DNA from: Tubiluchus corallicola
Taxonomy: Eukaryota > Animalia > Priapulida
Length of the DNA stretch: 64,000 nucleotides
Reading direction: 5' to 3'
Assembly: GCA_030141605.1 (NCBI GenBank)
Contig: JAQGDQ010000206.1
Location: forward strand, 310,001 to 374,000
The stretch's first letter is position 1; each line of letters begins with the position of its first letter. The position numbers and the translations under genes were made by a program. Shown piece after piece: positions 13,923 through 27,424 of this stretch. The notes under the pieces were generated by a model. It saw only the letters and a program-made list of their open reading frames with translations, was not told the DNA's origin and ran no database searches.

Positions 13923-14257
13923 TCAAATGCAAGCACAACAATGTCTGTCAAATGCAAGCACAACAATGACTGTCAAATGCAAGCACAACAATGACTGTCA
14001 AATGCAAGCACAACAATGGCTGTCAAATGCAAGCTCAACAATGACTGTCAAATGCAAGCACAACAATGACTGTCAAATGCAAGCACAACAATGACTGTCA
14101 AATGCAAGCACAACAATGACTGTCAAATGCAAGCACAACAATGACTGTCAAATGCAAGCACAACAATGACTGTCAAATGCAAGCACAACAATGACTGTCA
14201 AATGCAAGCACAACAATGACTGTCAAATGCAAGCACAACAATGCTTGTCAAATGCTT
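13923..14257. repeat. 25-bp minisatellite, ~13 copies
   Basis: Unit TCAAATGCAAGCACAACAATGACTG. Confidence 0.95.
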
Positions 14258-14315
14258 ATTGCTGACATACCAGTTATGCGCCTGCTGTAGTTCATCGGTG
14301 CATGTTTGTGTACAG

Positions 14316-14491
14316 AGCACGCGGTGTCGCAGCCGATAATGGTGCAGCAGCGACGCTCTCACGACCCATCTGTATTGTCTCCTCGTTCTGCAGAGGCCGG
14401 GGGTCTGGAAGTCAGCATGGTGGAGTACGTTCTCGGAGGTTCTCCGACTACGAAAGAGCTGGAGGCACGTTTGGGTCGACAGAAGCTTTAC
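14316..14491 (+). CDS. pum: pumilio coding exon 4
   Basis: [11 protein letters not shown]...[22 protein letters not shown] conserved motif; TACAG / GTAAGT; phase 1-0. Confidence 0.94.
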
Positions 14492-15533
14492 GTAAGTGTT
14501 TATTGTTATTGTAACTATATTATTGACTGTTGGCTAATTCTGCATTAGTAGACATACATGTAGTTACTTAATTACCTATCAATTAATGAGGTGGGATGTA
14601 TGTAATATTGCTATACTAATACATTTCTATCAGGTTAACAATCTAATGTTTTATGGATGACTTAATAGCAGTGTCTGTTTTTATTGTGGCTTTATTACTT
14701 TTTACCTTCTTACCTTTATTACGTTATTACCTTTTTACCATTGCATTATTACTTTTTTACTCTGTAACTGCATTTCATATACATGCTTAGATACTGTTGA
14801 TGTTTTCCTGTTATTGTTGTACAGCAAGTCCTCACTTAGCGATGCTATTGTGCGACGTTAAGTGAAACATTGTTAAACGAAGCTAAGACTGAGCCAAAAA
14901 TGCTACTTAATTCATATAAATTAAACGTTTTATGAGTTTTATTCATTTTTCTACTAATTAACTTCTTTCTGCTTGCTTGAAATCACCTAGCTTTCGTACC
15001 AATATCTAGCTAGTTGTTTCTCTTTCACTAACATTGAAGCACTACACAGCTAGCGATTAAAGACAGCGTAATAAAAGCCAAGCTCCTTAGTTACTTTGGG
15101 AGAATTTCGTCTAGATACTGGTCGTTATGGCAACATATTGCGGGCAAAATTCCTTGGTGCAAAGTTTGCACCCGGGTGCCTTGAGGCCGATCTCACTTGA
15201 TATAAGCATTTTTTGCCATGTAGCGGACTTCCAAAGTGAAATATTTATCGCAAATAATTTGCTAATTTGCACCTTAAATAAAAAAACTGAAAAAATGAAT
15301 TCCTTACCTTTTAAAAAGTAGTTTAATTTTGTTACGGGAATATCTACTTTGCACATTGTGCAGTTACATAAAATAAGTACATAATTTTTTGCAGAGTTTG
15401 CAGGTTTGCTTAACATTCATCTTCTTGTGCTAATTGGATTGTTCCTTTTTATGTGAAGAATTTTTCATGTAGTAATTGTTCTTATGTACTAATTGTTTTT
15501 TTTGCACTAATTGGATTGTTCTTTGTTTTGTAG

Positions 15534-15581
15534 AACACCTCAAGAAATTCATATCTATACCAAGACCTAGTTAGCAAGCAG
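15534..15581 (+). CDS. pum: candidate 48-nt in-frame cassette exon of pumilio (NTSRNSYLYQDLVSKQ)
   Basis: CACTAAT branch-like motif, pyrimidine tract and TAG acceptor, CAG|GTATGC donor, open phase 0-0; no homology support. Confidence 0.55.
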
Positions 15582-16499
15582 GTATGCATAGCAGCTTGTC
15601 TACGTTCTTGTTTATAAAATAGAAATTGAGTAATAATTTATGTGACAGCTTTAGGAAATATGCTACAGTTTACTTTTATTTCATGGGCTAATAAAGATAT
15701 GTTCAAAATTCATGCATAATTCAAGATATAATGCATGTTGCCAATTGGTTTCAGCATAGATGGATCTTCATCGGGGGGCGTAAAGGGTTAAAATACAAGA
15801 GTTAAACAATACTCAGTAATTTACTCGGTAAGTTCATAAACAAAGGCTTTTTTGTGAATTGCGCGGTGTTTTTCAGCATAAAATGAACATTCAAACAGTT
15901 TTTGTCTTATTGGGGGGAACAGCATCATTTAAAGGGTGTATAGGAAAATAAGACAAAATCAGTAAAAGGTTCACAACAAAATTCACAACAGTTGTGTGAT
16001 ACTGTTAGGGATCGGACGTAAGTTTGCTACTCGGGAACTTTCGGAGGCTTCGATTCGCGTCCGCCTCGGTTCCTATAATGAAAAATTTAACTGGTATTTA
16101 GCTATTATAATATCCAGATTCAATTTGCGGTTGAAAATTAAGAGTGAATCAAAGATTCTGATTCTGTTTGACTTTGGAAACTCCAACAATGTGAGATTCG
16201 GATTCGATTCAGCTTCGGAAATGAAGCAAAAATGCGCTTCTCCTTAGATTTGGTTTCGGAAATTCCGGCTTTGTCCCACTCCATAGACACTGGCAGTTTA
16301 CAAAACACGGAGATCTCATCTCTGAGGTGCACCGTGCATCAAGTAAGCTTGGAGGTTTAATAAAAATAACCCCATAAAGGCAAAACTTATGATGAACAGG
16401 CTTATTCAAATCAGTTTACAATGTTTCTTAAATGTGTGCAACAAAAAGTTCCTTGGTGATGCAGCAGTTTGACTTACTTGAGTTTTCCTTCTGTTTCAG

Positions 16500-16651
16500 G
16501 ATGCGTCTCAACTGGTCTCTGCAGACCAGTCAAAGAAGGCCAAAGGACCGTTTGAGTCATCGGAGAACAAGGACCCCGGTCCACTTGTACAAGACGTGGA
16601 TAACGTGGAGCAGAATCAGGCAAACGGAATAACTGAAAACGGACTGGAGGG
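16500..16651 (+). CDS. pum: pumilio coding exon
   Basis: DASQLVSADQSKKAKGPFE...QANGITENGLE; TTTCAG / GTACGC; phase 0-2. Confidence 0.85.
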
Positions 16652-16774
16652 GTACGCTGCTCCAGTTGTGTTGTGGCTTGATTTTTTTTAAATGAAAAAC
16701 CAACCCTTGAGTAACATTCGTTGTATTTTAATATAGACGTAAAAATGTGCAGCCTTTTCCCTCTGAGACCAAAC

Positions 16775-17255
16775 TAGCAAGTGTACACAGCTTTGCGTGT
16801 TACTCTCGGCAAGAAATTGCAAACTCTGCATCAGTTACTGCGAGTTACTGTCTAGTGTGAACGCCTCAGTGAGTTACTCTCGACACTTCTCGCAGTGATT
16901 AGAGAAGTGAGTGTCAGCTCGCGCTTACTGTCGGAGAGCAACTCACAACACGTTTTGCTCTGTAGTCTGAACACGCTTGCGAGTTACTGTCTGGTGTGAA
17001 CACCTTGGCGAGCAACTCTCGACATTTCTCGTAGCCAATAGATAAGGAAGTGACAGCTCGCGCTTTCTGTCGGAGAGCAACTCACAGCACGTTTTGCTCT
17101 GTAGTCTGAACACGCCTGCGAGTTGCTGTCTGGTGTGAATGCCTTGGCGAGTTACTCTCGACGTTTCTCGTAGCCAATAGATAAGGAAGTGTCAGCTCGC
17201 GCTTTCTGTCGGAGAGTAACTCACAGCAAGCTTTGCTCTCTGGTGTGAACACACT
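16775..17255. repeat. internally repetitive element (GAGTTACT / GTGTGAAC motifs); related copy at ~61235-61680
   Basis: Shared GCGAGTTACTCTCTAGTGTGAAC-type subrepeats; the 61 kb copy has imperfect TIRs (CATTCAGACT / AGTCTGAACG). Confidence 0.7.
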
Positions 17256-17802
17256 TGTTAGTTGCATGTTATTAGTAGTTAAAATATAAAATTGAGACTT
17301 ATGTACCTTAAAATTACTAGAAACTGAATAAAGTACTAAAACAGACAAATTTTAAAATACTGTGTAAAATTAGACATGTGCTAAAAGCAACTGTTAGACA
17401 CAAGTATTGAATTAGACAGGTTAAAGTCCTTTGCAAAATTAATCCTAATCAGAACAAAAATTAAACAGAACTAGGAAAAAATACTAAATTAGATGAATTA
17501 AAAAACACTTTGTAAATTTAGACATAAAGCAAAGATCAATTTGTAAAATTTTCAATCAGCACATCTTTGTTTAAGTGTTAAATTAGTAAAAAACGTTTGT
17601 GTTGCTAAAATTTAGAAAAACAATTTTAAAACGGTGATGGGCACTTTTTCTGTTCAAAAATACTGATATATGAGTGAAATTTACTAAATTCTTTCTATTC
17701 TAATGTGCTGTTCTACTTCTGTAGATTTTGTGTTCATTTTTGCCTTATAAAATATTTTTATTTTTCGATGTTTGTAATCACGAATGTTTCGTTCGTCTTC
17801 AG

Positions 17803-18064
17803 ACGTGTGTTGAGTCGAGAAGGATCGCCGTCTGCCCTGTCTGAGCAGGAGAAGATGCATCACAAGCACCTGAGCGTCGTGGCCAGTAAATCGGAGGAGC
17901 TAAACCGTGCCAATCAGTTGCAGAACCTTCACCACATGGAGCAGCACTTTGGCTCGATGGCCATCGATCCCATGTCGTTTGGCAGCTACGAGAACAGCAT
18001 GCCGCCTCCGATTGACAGTCCGAGCAACATGGGTTTTAACGCCAACATGCTGGATCTTCAGCAG
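17803..18064 (+). CDS. pum: pumilio coding exon
   Basis: RVLSREGSP...NMLDLQQ; TTCAG / CAG|GTACGT; phase 2-0. Confidence 0.85.
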
Positions 18065-19787
18065 GTACGTGTCTCAAACGTAAGAGACGCCAATTTGTGT
18101 GTTGTGAGTTTTGCACTGTTGTTTGAGTCCCATGAATCATAGCTTTGCTTTGTAACAGAAATAACTTTAACTATGTTCTTCAGAAGAACCGGTTTTCATT
18201 TATTCCAAACATTTGGGTAAAGAACACTATTTGTTTGTTAATCCAAAATAAAGTTCAGTGATAATAAAGTTATATTTCCTCTATGTGAAGTCACAGAGGC
18301 AGCTCAGATGTTTCTGCTTACCTCCTCTTTGAGGGAGCGTATTCGTCTCCCTGCTCACCTTCCTTTTTTCGCATCAGCTACTATGCATCGTTAAACCAAG
18401 GAAAGTCACAAAATAACTAGGTGAACGATTTCTCTGATTGTACCAGCCCGACCAGCCCGGTACAGTGTTTACCAGAAATGACTAAGTGCACTTTGTCATA
18501 TTCCTATTAAAAAAGCTTGAATACAAAACAAAAATTTGAATGGTTGCAGAAAAAAATCAGTGGCCCTATAATAAAGTTTTATAAAATGGTCGTTCATCGT
18601 CATTATGGTTTTATGTTGGACAGGCAATGGCTCACTTTATCCTGCACTTTATCCTGAAGTTTTCCTGTTCAACCTGCAAATCACGGATAGCGTATCAACG
18701 CATGCACGCACGCCCGCTCTTTTCCATCATTCCTTCGGTCATCCGTTGGTTGATACGCTGTCGTCTAACACTGCCGTTCTTTGCGCACTTACCTCCTCAA
18801 ATTTTAATTGCAATTTGCTCAATTGTTAATTTATCTTTTTCACGTCTTTATCATTACGATTAAGAATATATCCATTAGAATAGCTGTGCCGTCTGAAAGC
18901 CTATAGGTTTGATTACTATAAATTTGAGCAGTTAGTGAATTAACATCGAAGGAGCAGAAGTAACAAATTATTAGTCATAATAAATACTTGTGTAGCTTGC
19001 CTACTTTTACAGCTTGGATGCCATGAAAGTTGTTTTCTGTATTTTCTAAAAAAATCTCATTGCATATTTTAACATTCTTTTTCTGCATAGCTTCATATTA
19101 GCAAATCGTGAAAGTTTTTTTTATACATGGAAATGTTCTTCTATAGTTTGGGTCGGTAGAAAATGATGCTGATAATAATTCTTGATTGATCTAAACTGTT
19201 CGTATGTAGTACATTGAAAGCTAGCCTTCGTTCGATAAACAACTTTTCACTACATCATTTTCTTAGCGTACGCTTCCGTTACCGGGAGTTGTAAGTCACA
19301 CTCAAATTACCAGTAGTGACAAAAATCGAAATATGTGGTCGAATAATTTTCGCCAAATGTTTTTTTCTTACGATGGTGCTTTACGTAAGCTCAACATGAT
19401 TATCTGGGTAATCGTAAACAAAAATTAACTTGTACAGTACAAATTGCTTCCTCTTCCGCATCTTGGTGCAAGCAAACGTACTACTGGGAATTCTAAACTT
19501 CGAACATTACGTTACAAGAATTCAGCAATTCCTCACTAATAACCATAAATAGTAATGAGAAACTTCTTTCTAAATTATAGTAAAATATTTACTTTACCAA
19601 TTGGTTGTAATGTCATTTTCTCCAAATTTTCATCTTGCAAGCAATGTCTCTTGTGTCTTTTGACTGTTTTGACTCTATTTTCATTGTTTTCCGACTTCGT
19701 ATTCAGTTTTGTTGCTATAGTGTGACTTTTTAACAAAACCCATTACCTATTTATTTATTTACAAGATGTATTTTTGTCTTGTTGCAG

Positions 19788-19911
19788 CAGCAAATGTTGC
19801 AGCGGCAGCAACAGGTTCAACAACAGCAGGCACAACAGATGATGATGACGCAGCAGTATGCGATGACGCCGCAGCAGCAGCAACAACAACAGCAGCAGCA
19901 GCAGCAGCTAG
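19788..19911 (+). CDS. pum: pumilio Q-rich coding exon (CAGCAG tandem acceptor)
   Basis: QQMLQRQQQ...QQYAMTPQQQ...L; donor GTAAGC; phase 0-1. Confidence 0.88.
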
Positions 19912-21427
19912 GTAAGCGACGATTCGGAAGACGTAACTCGAGCGAGTGATTGTATGAGTTATTTTGTGTGTAACTGTACTTTCACGGAGGCCTTTGCTTT
20001 CATTCTTGCTTTCGAATGGAAATTTATGGATTTTTTGATTTCTCATAACATAAAAGCGATACATCAAATTCGCAATTAAATTTCTGTTTGTAACTTTGGC
20101 AGTTTTCTCTGTCCTACTTAGTGGTTGCATACGAAATTGCATAAGTGTTATTGGCAAATTTTATAACTATCTTTATAACTTCTTTAGCAAATCGTATCCA
20201 TTATGCTGGAAGCGAAATTTGCTTATTTAGTTTGATATGGTTAGGTTCCCTTTAGTGGCATATTTGCTCTATGACTTTTTTTAACGTTTTTGGCGAAAGT
20301 TGGAAAAATAAAATCACAAGCGGAACAGTTGAAGCCAAGAAGAATCGAAAGGAAAGGTCTCTTTGCGTGAGCGTTGCGTAATAACGTGTAGCCTTGTATC
20401 ATTCTACTAAAGATTGTAAAGCATAGTCTGTGCATCTTATTATTATTGTGTGTATATAATAATCTGGTTAATATTGTGTAATGATTAAAGGAAAGGACAA
20501 CTCATTTAGCATGTTGGGTTTATATATCTGTTATCACTTAAACTGAGAAAAATATAACAAAGAAATTTGCTGAAAACTGTGTGTATAAAGCATAAAATTA
20601 ATTTACATTACCGCTGTATGGAAATCTTTACACATTGTGGTAGCTGCTATTCACTTGGAAATTATTACGTAATTGGTGGACTTCGAGATTATTTGTTCGT
20701 GCATCGTGGCTTTCCGTAAGCGCACTCTACTTAAACTAATTCTAACTTCTGCAGCTTACCCGATGTTCGTGCAAAAACATCACAAAATTACCTGTCTAAT
20801 TTCTTGTGAAAACTTCTTATGCTTTTGACAGAGATTCACATCGCTGTGCTTTTCTTCAGGCGATGAACGATGTTGTTTGGTGGAAGAATGGGCGTTCAAA
20901 ATGGAAGCGCCCAAGTGTGAATTGATCGCCACTCTAAAGTAATTTTGCTGGTTACACGAGGCTCTTATTGCCAGGTCCTTCTGAAAATTTTCGCGAACAT
21001 TGAAATAGGCCTGACTGCCCAGAAGTCGTGTCCTTTCCTCTAATATCTTTTTTGTGTTAAGTTTATTTAGCGTGGCCGACACGCTAATTGATATACGCAG
21101 TAATCTACCGACTAAATAATACTCGCACTGCTTGTGTTTCAAAGTAACAAAATGACTCGTTTTGGTTTTAGCTCATCTCTAAAACATTTTTACAAACGAA
21201 CCCTTGTGTGAGTGCAGCAGCATCTGTACGATTGTTTTTGCTGCATCACTTTTCAGCATCTCTTTGCCGTGCGTATGCAGTGCCAATAGCAACGATGATG
21301 TTCTAACAGAGGCCTCTTGATGGCCGTTAATAACGTTGTGCATGTGTATATAAATTTTTACATATTCATCAAGCATTTTTACTGCATGTTCTGATTTGCA
21401 TGGCTGATGGTGTAATGCTATTTGTAG

Positions 21428-21508
21428 GCTTGGCCAACCCCACTGCAATTGCTCCCAATTACATAATCAACACTCAAGACCCTTACGCAGTTGGAATAGC
21501 CGTCACAG
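21428..21508 (+). CDS. pum: pumilio 81-nt symmetric exon (GLANPTAIAPNYIINTQDPYAVGIAVT)
   Basis: Resembles PUM1 GLAPAAFVPNPYII...DPY; TGTAG / CAG|GTTAGG; phase 1-1; missed by the ORF track. Confidence 0.85.
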
Positions 21509-22410
21509 GTTAGGCAGTTGAGCAACAGTAGGGTGGCGCTACTTGTCGTTTGTGTGTGTGTGTGTGTGTGTGCAATGCAACCGTTTCCGTTATTCTCGCT
21601 AACAGTTGCCTTGCTTTTGACTTGCTCCTGGCTGGCCGAGCATTTCGACTTGTGCGTTTTAATGCGAATATTAACAACCTTGCTAACGAGGCTTAGCAGC
21701 CCGTTGTGAGACACACGTTTTGGTTTTGCTTCGCCTTGCCAGGTTTTAGTTTGCCGTTTCCGCCCGACGACGACGGTCGGGATTTCCTTGTGTGACCGCT
21801 GCGATGATATGTAGCGCTATCCTTTTGTTGAGTTATCGTTTTTATACTAACAATTAGTTGTAGTACTCACGTAATTAGAATACTGCACTCGTTATGCCGA
21901 TGGAATTTGAATTAATAAGTTTTCGTTTCTTTGTCCATCGGCAAACTAATTTTGTAAGTCATTATTGATTTTTTTGTGGCGATCCTCCAGTGAAACTCCT
22001 GTATTTGTAGTAACAGTCTTACTGTATATTATTGTATATTTTAATACCAGCAGCAGTACAGTTATAGTAACATGGCTAAACTTTGGTGTTTAGTTGCTGC
22101 CCAATTACTCTGTGATCCTAATCTGAAACATTTTATGGCAATTTTCTCACAAAATTTCAATGTGGTACAGAGAGCCTTTACGTGGCCCTTGCTTTTGCAG
22201 TTAACGGTTTTTAATTTTTTTTTGTTCGTTGTTAGGCGACATTTTTCCCCCTTTTACAAAACTGATTTTGCACAGTTGTTTGACTGACATTTTTTATTCT
22301 TCTGACTTGCAATTCTTGCCAGGAGAACATAATGGATTATGTGGATCGTTACTGTCGTCGTTTAACGGAACGTTTACTTCTGTGTAACTGATTGGTGTTG
22401 TTTGTTTTAG

Positions 22411-22692
22411 GCCCTGCTATGAACATGATACATCCTCAATACTACGGGGGTACGATGCCGTGGGGCATGTACCAGGCCAGCATGTTGCAACAGCAGCAGC
22501 AGCAGCAACAGCAACAGCAACAACAGCAGGGTATGACACCGCAACAGCAGCAACAGCTGATGCGCGGAACGGGCGGTCGTCCGCTCACGCCCCAGCCCGG
22601 CGAAATGCCGGCTGGCATGGGCATGGGACAGATGCCAAACCCACCAGGGCAAATGCCAAATACCAACATGGGACAACCGATGCAAGGCCCTG
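22411..22692 (+). CDS. pum: pumilio coding exon
   Basis: PQYYGGTMPWGMYQASML...GGRPLTP matches PUM QYYGVTPWG...RPLTP; phase 1-1. Confidence 0.92.
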
Positions 22693-23201
22693 GTGTGTAA
22701 CACTTTCATACCTCAAATAAAACCTGATGACTTAATTGTTCAAACATCTTTTTTTTTCTTGCTAGGTGGAGTGAAAAAATACATGTGATTGCTAACTAAC
22801 TATGGTGTCTGTAAATTGCTATATAAAAAATACACTAAGTTATTGCGTAAGGATTTCTATTTTGCAGTATTTGAAGCTTTTATAAATTTAATGACGTATG
22901 TTTCGTTTTAACTACGATTTTTAACTAGAATATGCAAGTATGTGAACGTACAAAAAAATATAAAATTCCCGGCTGAGTGCGTGATAAAAAATATTACCTT
23001 GGCAGTTAGACGGGAACAGAACCGCTAATAGGTTTCTTCGGTTAATTGGTTTCAGAGCACTTCCATCCCAAAGTGAGTCAATTAAATGGTGTCTACCGTA
23101 TCTGTAAATATTGAATATAAAAGCGAGTATAGGCATCTTCTGTCAGAAAACCCGTAGTCGTTTACGGCAAGTAATCGTCTATGTCATGAAACCATTTCTA
23201 G

Positions 23202-23436
23202 GTGCTCAGCTTCAGATGATCGCAGCTTATTACGATCAGAATAACATGATGATGAATGCCGCCCGAGGAATGGGAACGCCAATGCGCCTGATGTCACCCG
23301 CGCCAATGATGATTCCGGGTAGTCACAACTCGGGCAACATGAATTCCGTGCGGATGATGGGCGGGCAAGGTCAGGTGCAGAACCCGTCGGCGACGGGTTA
23401 CAGCAACAATTCGAACACTTCTCAACAAAATAGCAG
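23202..23436 (+). CDS. pum: pumilio coding exon
   Basis: QMIAAYYDQN...ARGMGTPMRLMSPAP resembles PUM AAYYDQ...PVRLVAPAP; phase 1-2. Confidence 0.92.
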
Positions 23437-23699
23437 GTAAAGGTTAATCTGTATTCACACCTGTCTGGTAGTTGTTTGGCTTCGTTGACAACAATCTGCT
23501 GTTTGAAAATCATGTAGCTGTGCTTATTTTATATCAGCAAGCAATGTTTGTTTGACCTTTGACCTCAGAGAACTGGTTTAATTAATAAGAGGCCAGTTGA
23601 AATACAGATTACTTGGTTATTTCTACAAGAACCATTCGGGATTTAAAGTCTAATATAAAATAACATGAGATCTTAGTTTTACGATGCTTGAAGCAGAAT

Positions 23700-24150
23700 T
23701 AAGTTAACTAATTTGGTAACTAAAGTACCACTCAAATGATTCACTAAGTTTTCTCTTGTAACTAAAGAGTCACTTATGTGACTAAGTCCAATTTAATAAC
23801 TAAGGTGTCACTCACACGATTGACTTAAATTTGGTTTAGTAACTAAACTGTCACTTACGTGATTGACCAAGTTCAGTTTAGTAACTAAAGTGTCACTTAC
23901 GTGATTGACTAAGTTCAGTTTAGTAACTAAAGTGTCACTCACGTGATTGACCAAGTTCAGTTTAGTAACTAAAGTGTCAGTCACGTGATTGATGAAGTTC
24001 AATTTAGTAACTAAAGTGTCACTCATGTGATTGACTAAGTTCAGTTTAGTAACTAAAGTGTCAGTCACATGATTGACTAAGTTCAGATTAGTAACTAAAC
24101 TACTGTCGTTCGTGTGACTGGCTTATGTTCAATTCAGCACCTAAAGTGTC
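23700..24150. repeat. 42-bp minisatellite, ~10 copies
   Basis: Unit GTAACTAAAGTGTCACTTACGTGATTGACTAAGTTCAGTTTA. Confidence 0.92.
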
Positions 24151-24667
24151 GGTGATATGAAGACAACAAAATTCTGTTGTAAAGCCACACGATTGGCCCG
24201 CGTTTTAACCTGAGCTAGCATCTTGTCATAAGTATGTACAAACATTTTTGCATTTTCTCTGTCTTTAGCAGTTTAATTTAGCCTTATTCCGAGATATATT
24301 TCGAGATATCAGTCAAGCACAAGAATATATCCTTACCCCAAAGAAGAGATCTAATTAAGTTAAACCGACACACTAATTCGTGCTAATAAATTGTTGTGAG
24401 CGAGAAAGTCAGTGACTCAAGTAAATGACTGCAGAATCATTGCTGACATTATAGTTACATGAATTGTAAGATGAAGGGTAATGACATCATCGTTAAACCA
24501 TTTATACTCTGTGTGAGTTACTTTAATCATATGAACTGCATAATTATTGCACCTAAGTACTTTTCATGAGCAGTTTACTGAGTTTTGGCTTTATAAATGA
24601 AAAAAATTCCCACTCATGGAACATGCTACTTCATAAGTCTCTTTGGTTTATAAATCCAGCTGCTTAA

Positions 24668-25272
24668 CCCTTTCACTATGGAAGGCGGCACTGTGCCACT
24701 TATGTTTTTCTCGTAAGGGCGGTATGTGGCAGAATGCCGCCCGAGCTCAGCACTAAACGCAGTTACCCGGGTCTGTTTATTTCACTGCTGTGGCTATGCA
24801 AAAACATTGTAGAAAAGTTTAGGATTGTGGTTGCTTCGCAACAAGTAACGCTAATCAGCCAATCAGCGTCTAAAGCCAGGTGCATTCCATAATACTGTAC
24901 TGTATAGCACTTTCTCATGCAAAATTGCTTGTTGATAATTAATAAAACCTGTTTAGTCATTCGTTCTGCACTCTTCTAAAATAATTGCCCATCATGAATT
25001 AGTAATATGACTTTTGTGAAATTTGGCTTCTAAATATAAGAATGTGCTTATTTGTTTGTGTGTGCGCTTGCGTGCATGCATGAGTGCATATATGTGTGTT
25101 CGGATGTGTGTGCATTATTATAAATAAAACTAGTATTGAATATTAATGTTTAATAACAAATGGCTGTTTGTTTATTTACAAGATTCTGTTTTAGTAACAC
25201 ACCACAAGAAGTTATTGTCAAACGTGCAAAAGCCAATGCGGCTCAGTAAAAAGCCACTATGTAGTGAAAGGG
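24668..25272. mobile_element. piggyBac-like MITE (family A)
   Basis: TTAA|CCCTTTCACTA ... TAGTGAAAGGG|TTAA. Confidence 0.88.
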
Positions 25273-25391
25273 TTAACAAATCCATCTAGTTTCCCACCAA
25301 GGTGGATTTACTAAACGAAGCATCCTGGCACTGAGAATGTTTTTTGTCCGACCAATTGAGAACCTTGTACAAGCCATTTGTCTTTTTCTAG

Positions 25392-25585
25392 CTTATACTC
25401 GTCGCTCGGAGGCGGATTTACGCCGGCTTCATCTGGTCTGGGTTACTCCGCGTCTGCTGCTGGTCTCGGACTCAATCCACAGCAACAACAGCAGCAACAG
25501 CAACAACAACAGAACATGGGAAACATGGGATATGGCGGCGGCGGCAGCGGTTTTGGTACAATGACGTCATCAGTTGGACCCTTGG
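25392..25585 (+). CDS. pum: pumilio coding exon (alternative in-frame donor after 25597)
   Basis: SLYSSLGGGFTPASSGLGY...GFGT...; TCTAG acceptor; phase 2-1. Confidence 0.88.
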
Positions 25586-27424
25586 GTGCGTACGATAGTA
25601 AGTCGATTCTGGTAGGGTTCTTTGATAAAGACATTTGCTTGTCGACATAAGTGGCTACTGTTAATTGACAACCTCATCATTAAAGCACAAAAAAACCTTC
25701 CACTTACATAAAGCTTAGAAAATTCGTCTCGAAATTTTGTACCGCTTACATACTACCTTTTCGTATGCATGGTTTACATCGGCCGTAACGCTGTATAAAA
25801 CGCGTAAATTTAAACTCCCGCGATGACAGTTAGGCATAGCCATTTTAATGGTAGGTCGTTTGAAACAAGTTTTCATAACGTTAAGTAAAGTTTGAAAAAA
25901 TAATCAGAGCATTCATGGCATACATGTTGCTAATTGAGTAAAATTTTAAATTACTGTATTTTGTCAGTAAGATTAAAAATACATTTTTGGCTAGTGAGTG
26001 GTGCACCCTGAAGGGTAAGTCAGCGACATTTTACCTAGTGGCACAAACATTTTAAATTATTAGTCTAGTTACATAAGTCTTTCCAGCAGGTAAGTGAAAT
26101 GCTACGTAATATAGATTTGCACGGAAAGTTTTTTGGGTCATAATTTAACATTGCCTTTTCTTCCCCTGATTTACGTTTGCGTAAGTGCCGTCATGCAATG
26201 GTGCAGTATTGTGGGAGATTTAAAATGAAAGCAAACGAAAATTTCTTTCAAGACGAATACGATATGTGCATAAAATTGCTGTAAAGTTGTATAATTTTTT
26301 AAGATGATTTTTCTGAAAGCTACTTCAGGTACCCCTTTTCTTGTCCTTTAAAAGTTTCAATGGCTTCAATAATAAAATGATGACGGTTCTAAATCCTCAT
26401 GCACATATATATGCGGGAATTTACATGTACAATACCTTTCTTTGCAGGAGCATTTGAACACAGATATTTACATTATTATAACCAAGTCAACTGCTAACCG
26501 TGATGCAAAAACCATAATTGCTACACTGATGCTGACAATTGATTTTTGTAAAATTACAATTATCGTAATCTATTTTAATTACAAGGTGTAACAACGTTAT
26601 CTACATTAGGTTTATTATCAACCACTGCGTGTAAAGTTCGGTAATAAATCCGTGATATTGGGTTAATTCGGGTATCAACGTCGACCTGTTTACTAATTAA
26701 AATTATCTAATTGTCCTTTAAACAGTTTACGAATTTGCGAATCTGCACTCAATGAATAATATTTGTGCTTGCAAACCAAAACCATCCCTAAGTCGGCATA
26801 GTTAACACTACGTTATGATGCTTCAAGGTAGAATGCACCAAAAATTTGTTCAAATGTCAATTTTTTTGTAACAACAAATGCCAAAAATAAATGTTGGAAA
26901 AGTACAAAAAATCCAATTTTATAACTCTGTATCCACTTTTCTGCTGAGAAACTAGTTCTGCAATTGTAAAAAACTTGTATTTTCAAACTCCGATAGCAGC
27001 TCCTGGAAGCAGCCATTTCTCTGTTGCCAAGCCCAAATCTTCTTCATCAGGAAGAGCCATCTACTGGATTTAAACATAACTTCAATGTGCTCTTGCAAAG
27101 TCAGTAGCAACCAACTTCTTGTACGATTGCTAAGTGTTTTGTAAAAATGTGATAAAAACAATGGCTAACTTTTGTAGCGATTTTCTCAAAAACATGTTTT
27201 TCAGTTCGTAGCCTGCACATCAACTTCAATGTGGATTAACTCAGCTTAGAAATAACATAGAGTGATAAGCTTGGTATCAAAATGGAGATTCAGGATATGT
27301 GAATATGTGAATTGTTGACTTATGGACAATATTGCTATGCAAGCACACGTATGCCGATTCCTAGCGGCTGTTTCAAAGAGGCCGGCTCTTTCACGTATTT
27401 ATATTTATTTTTATTTATATCCAG

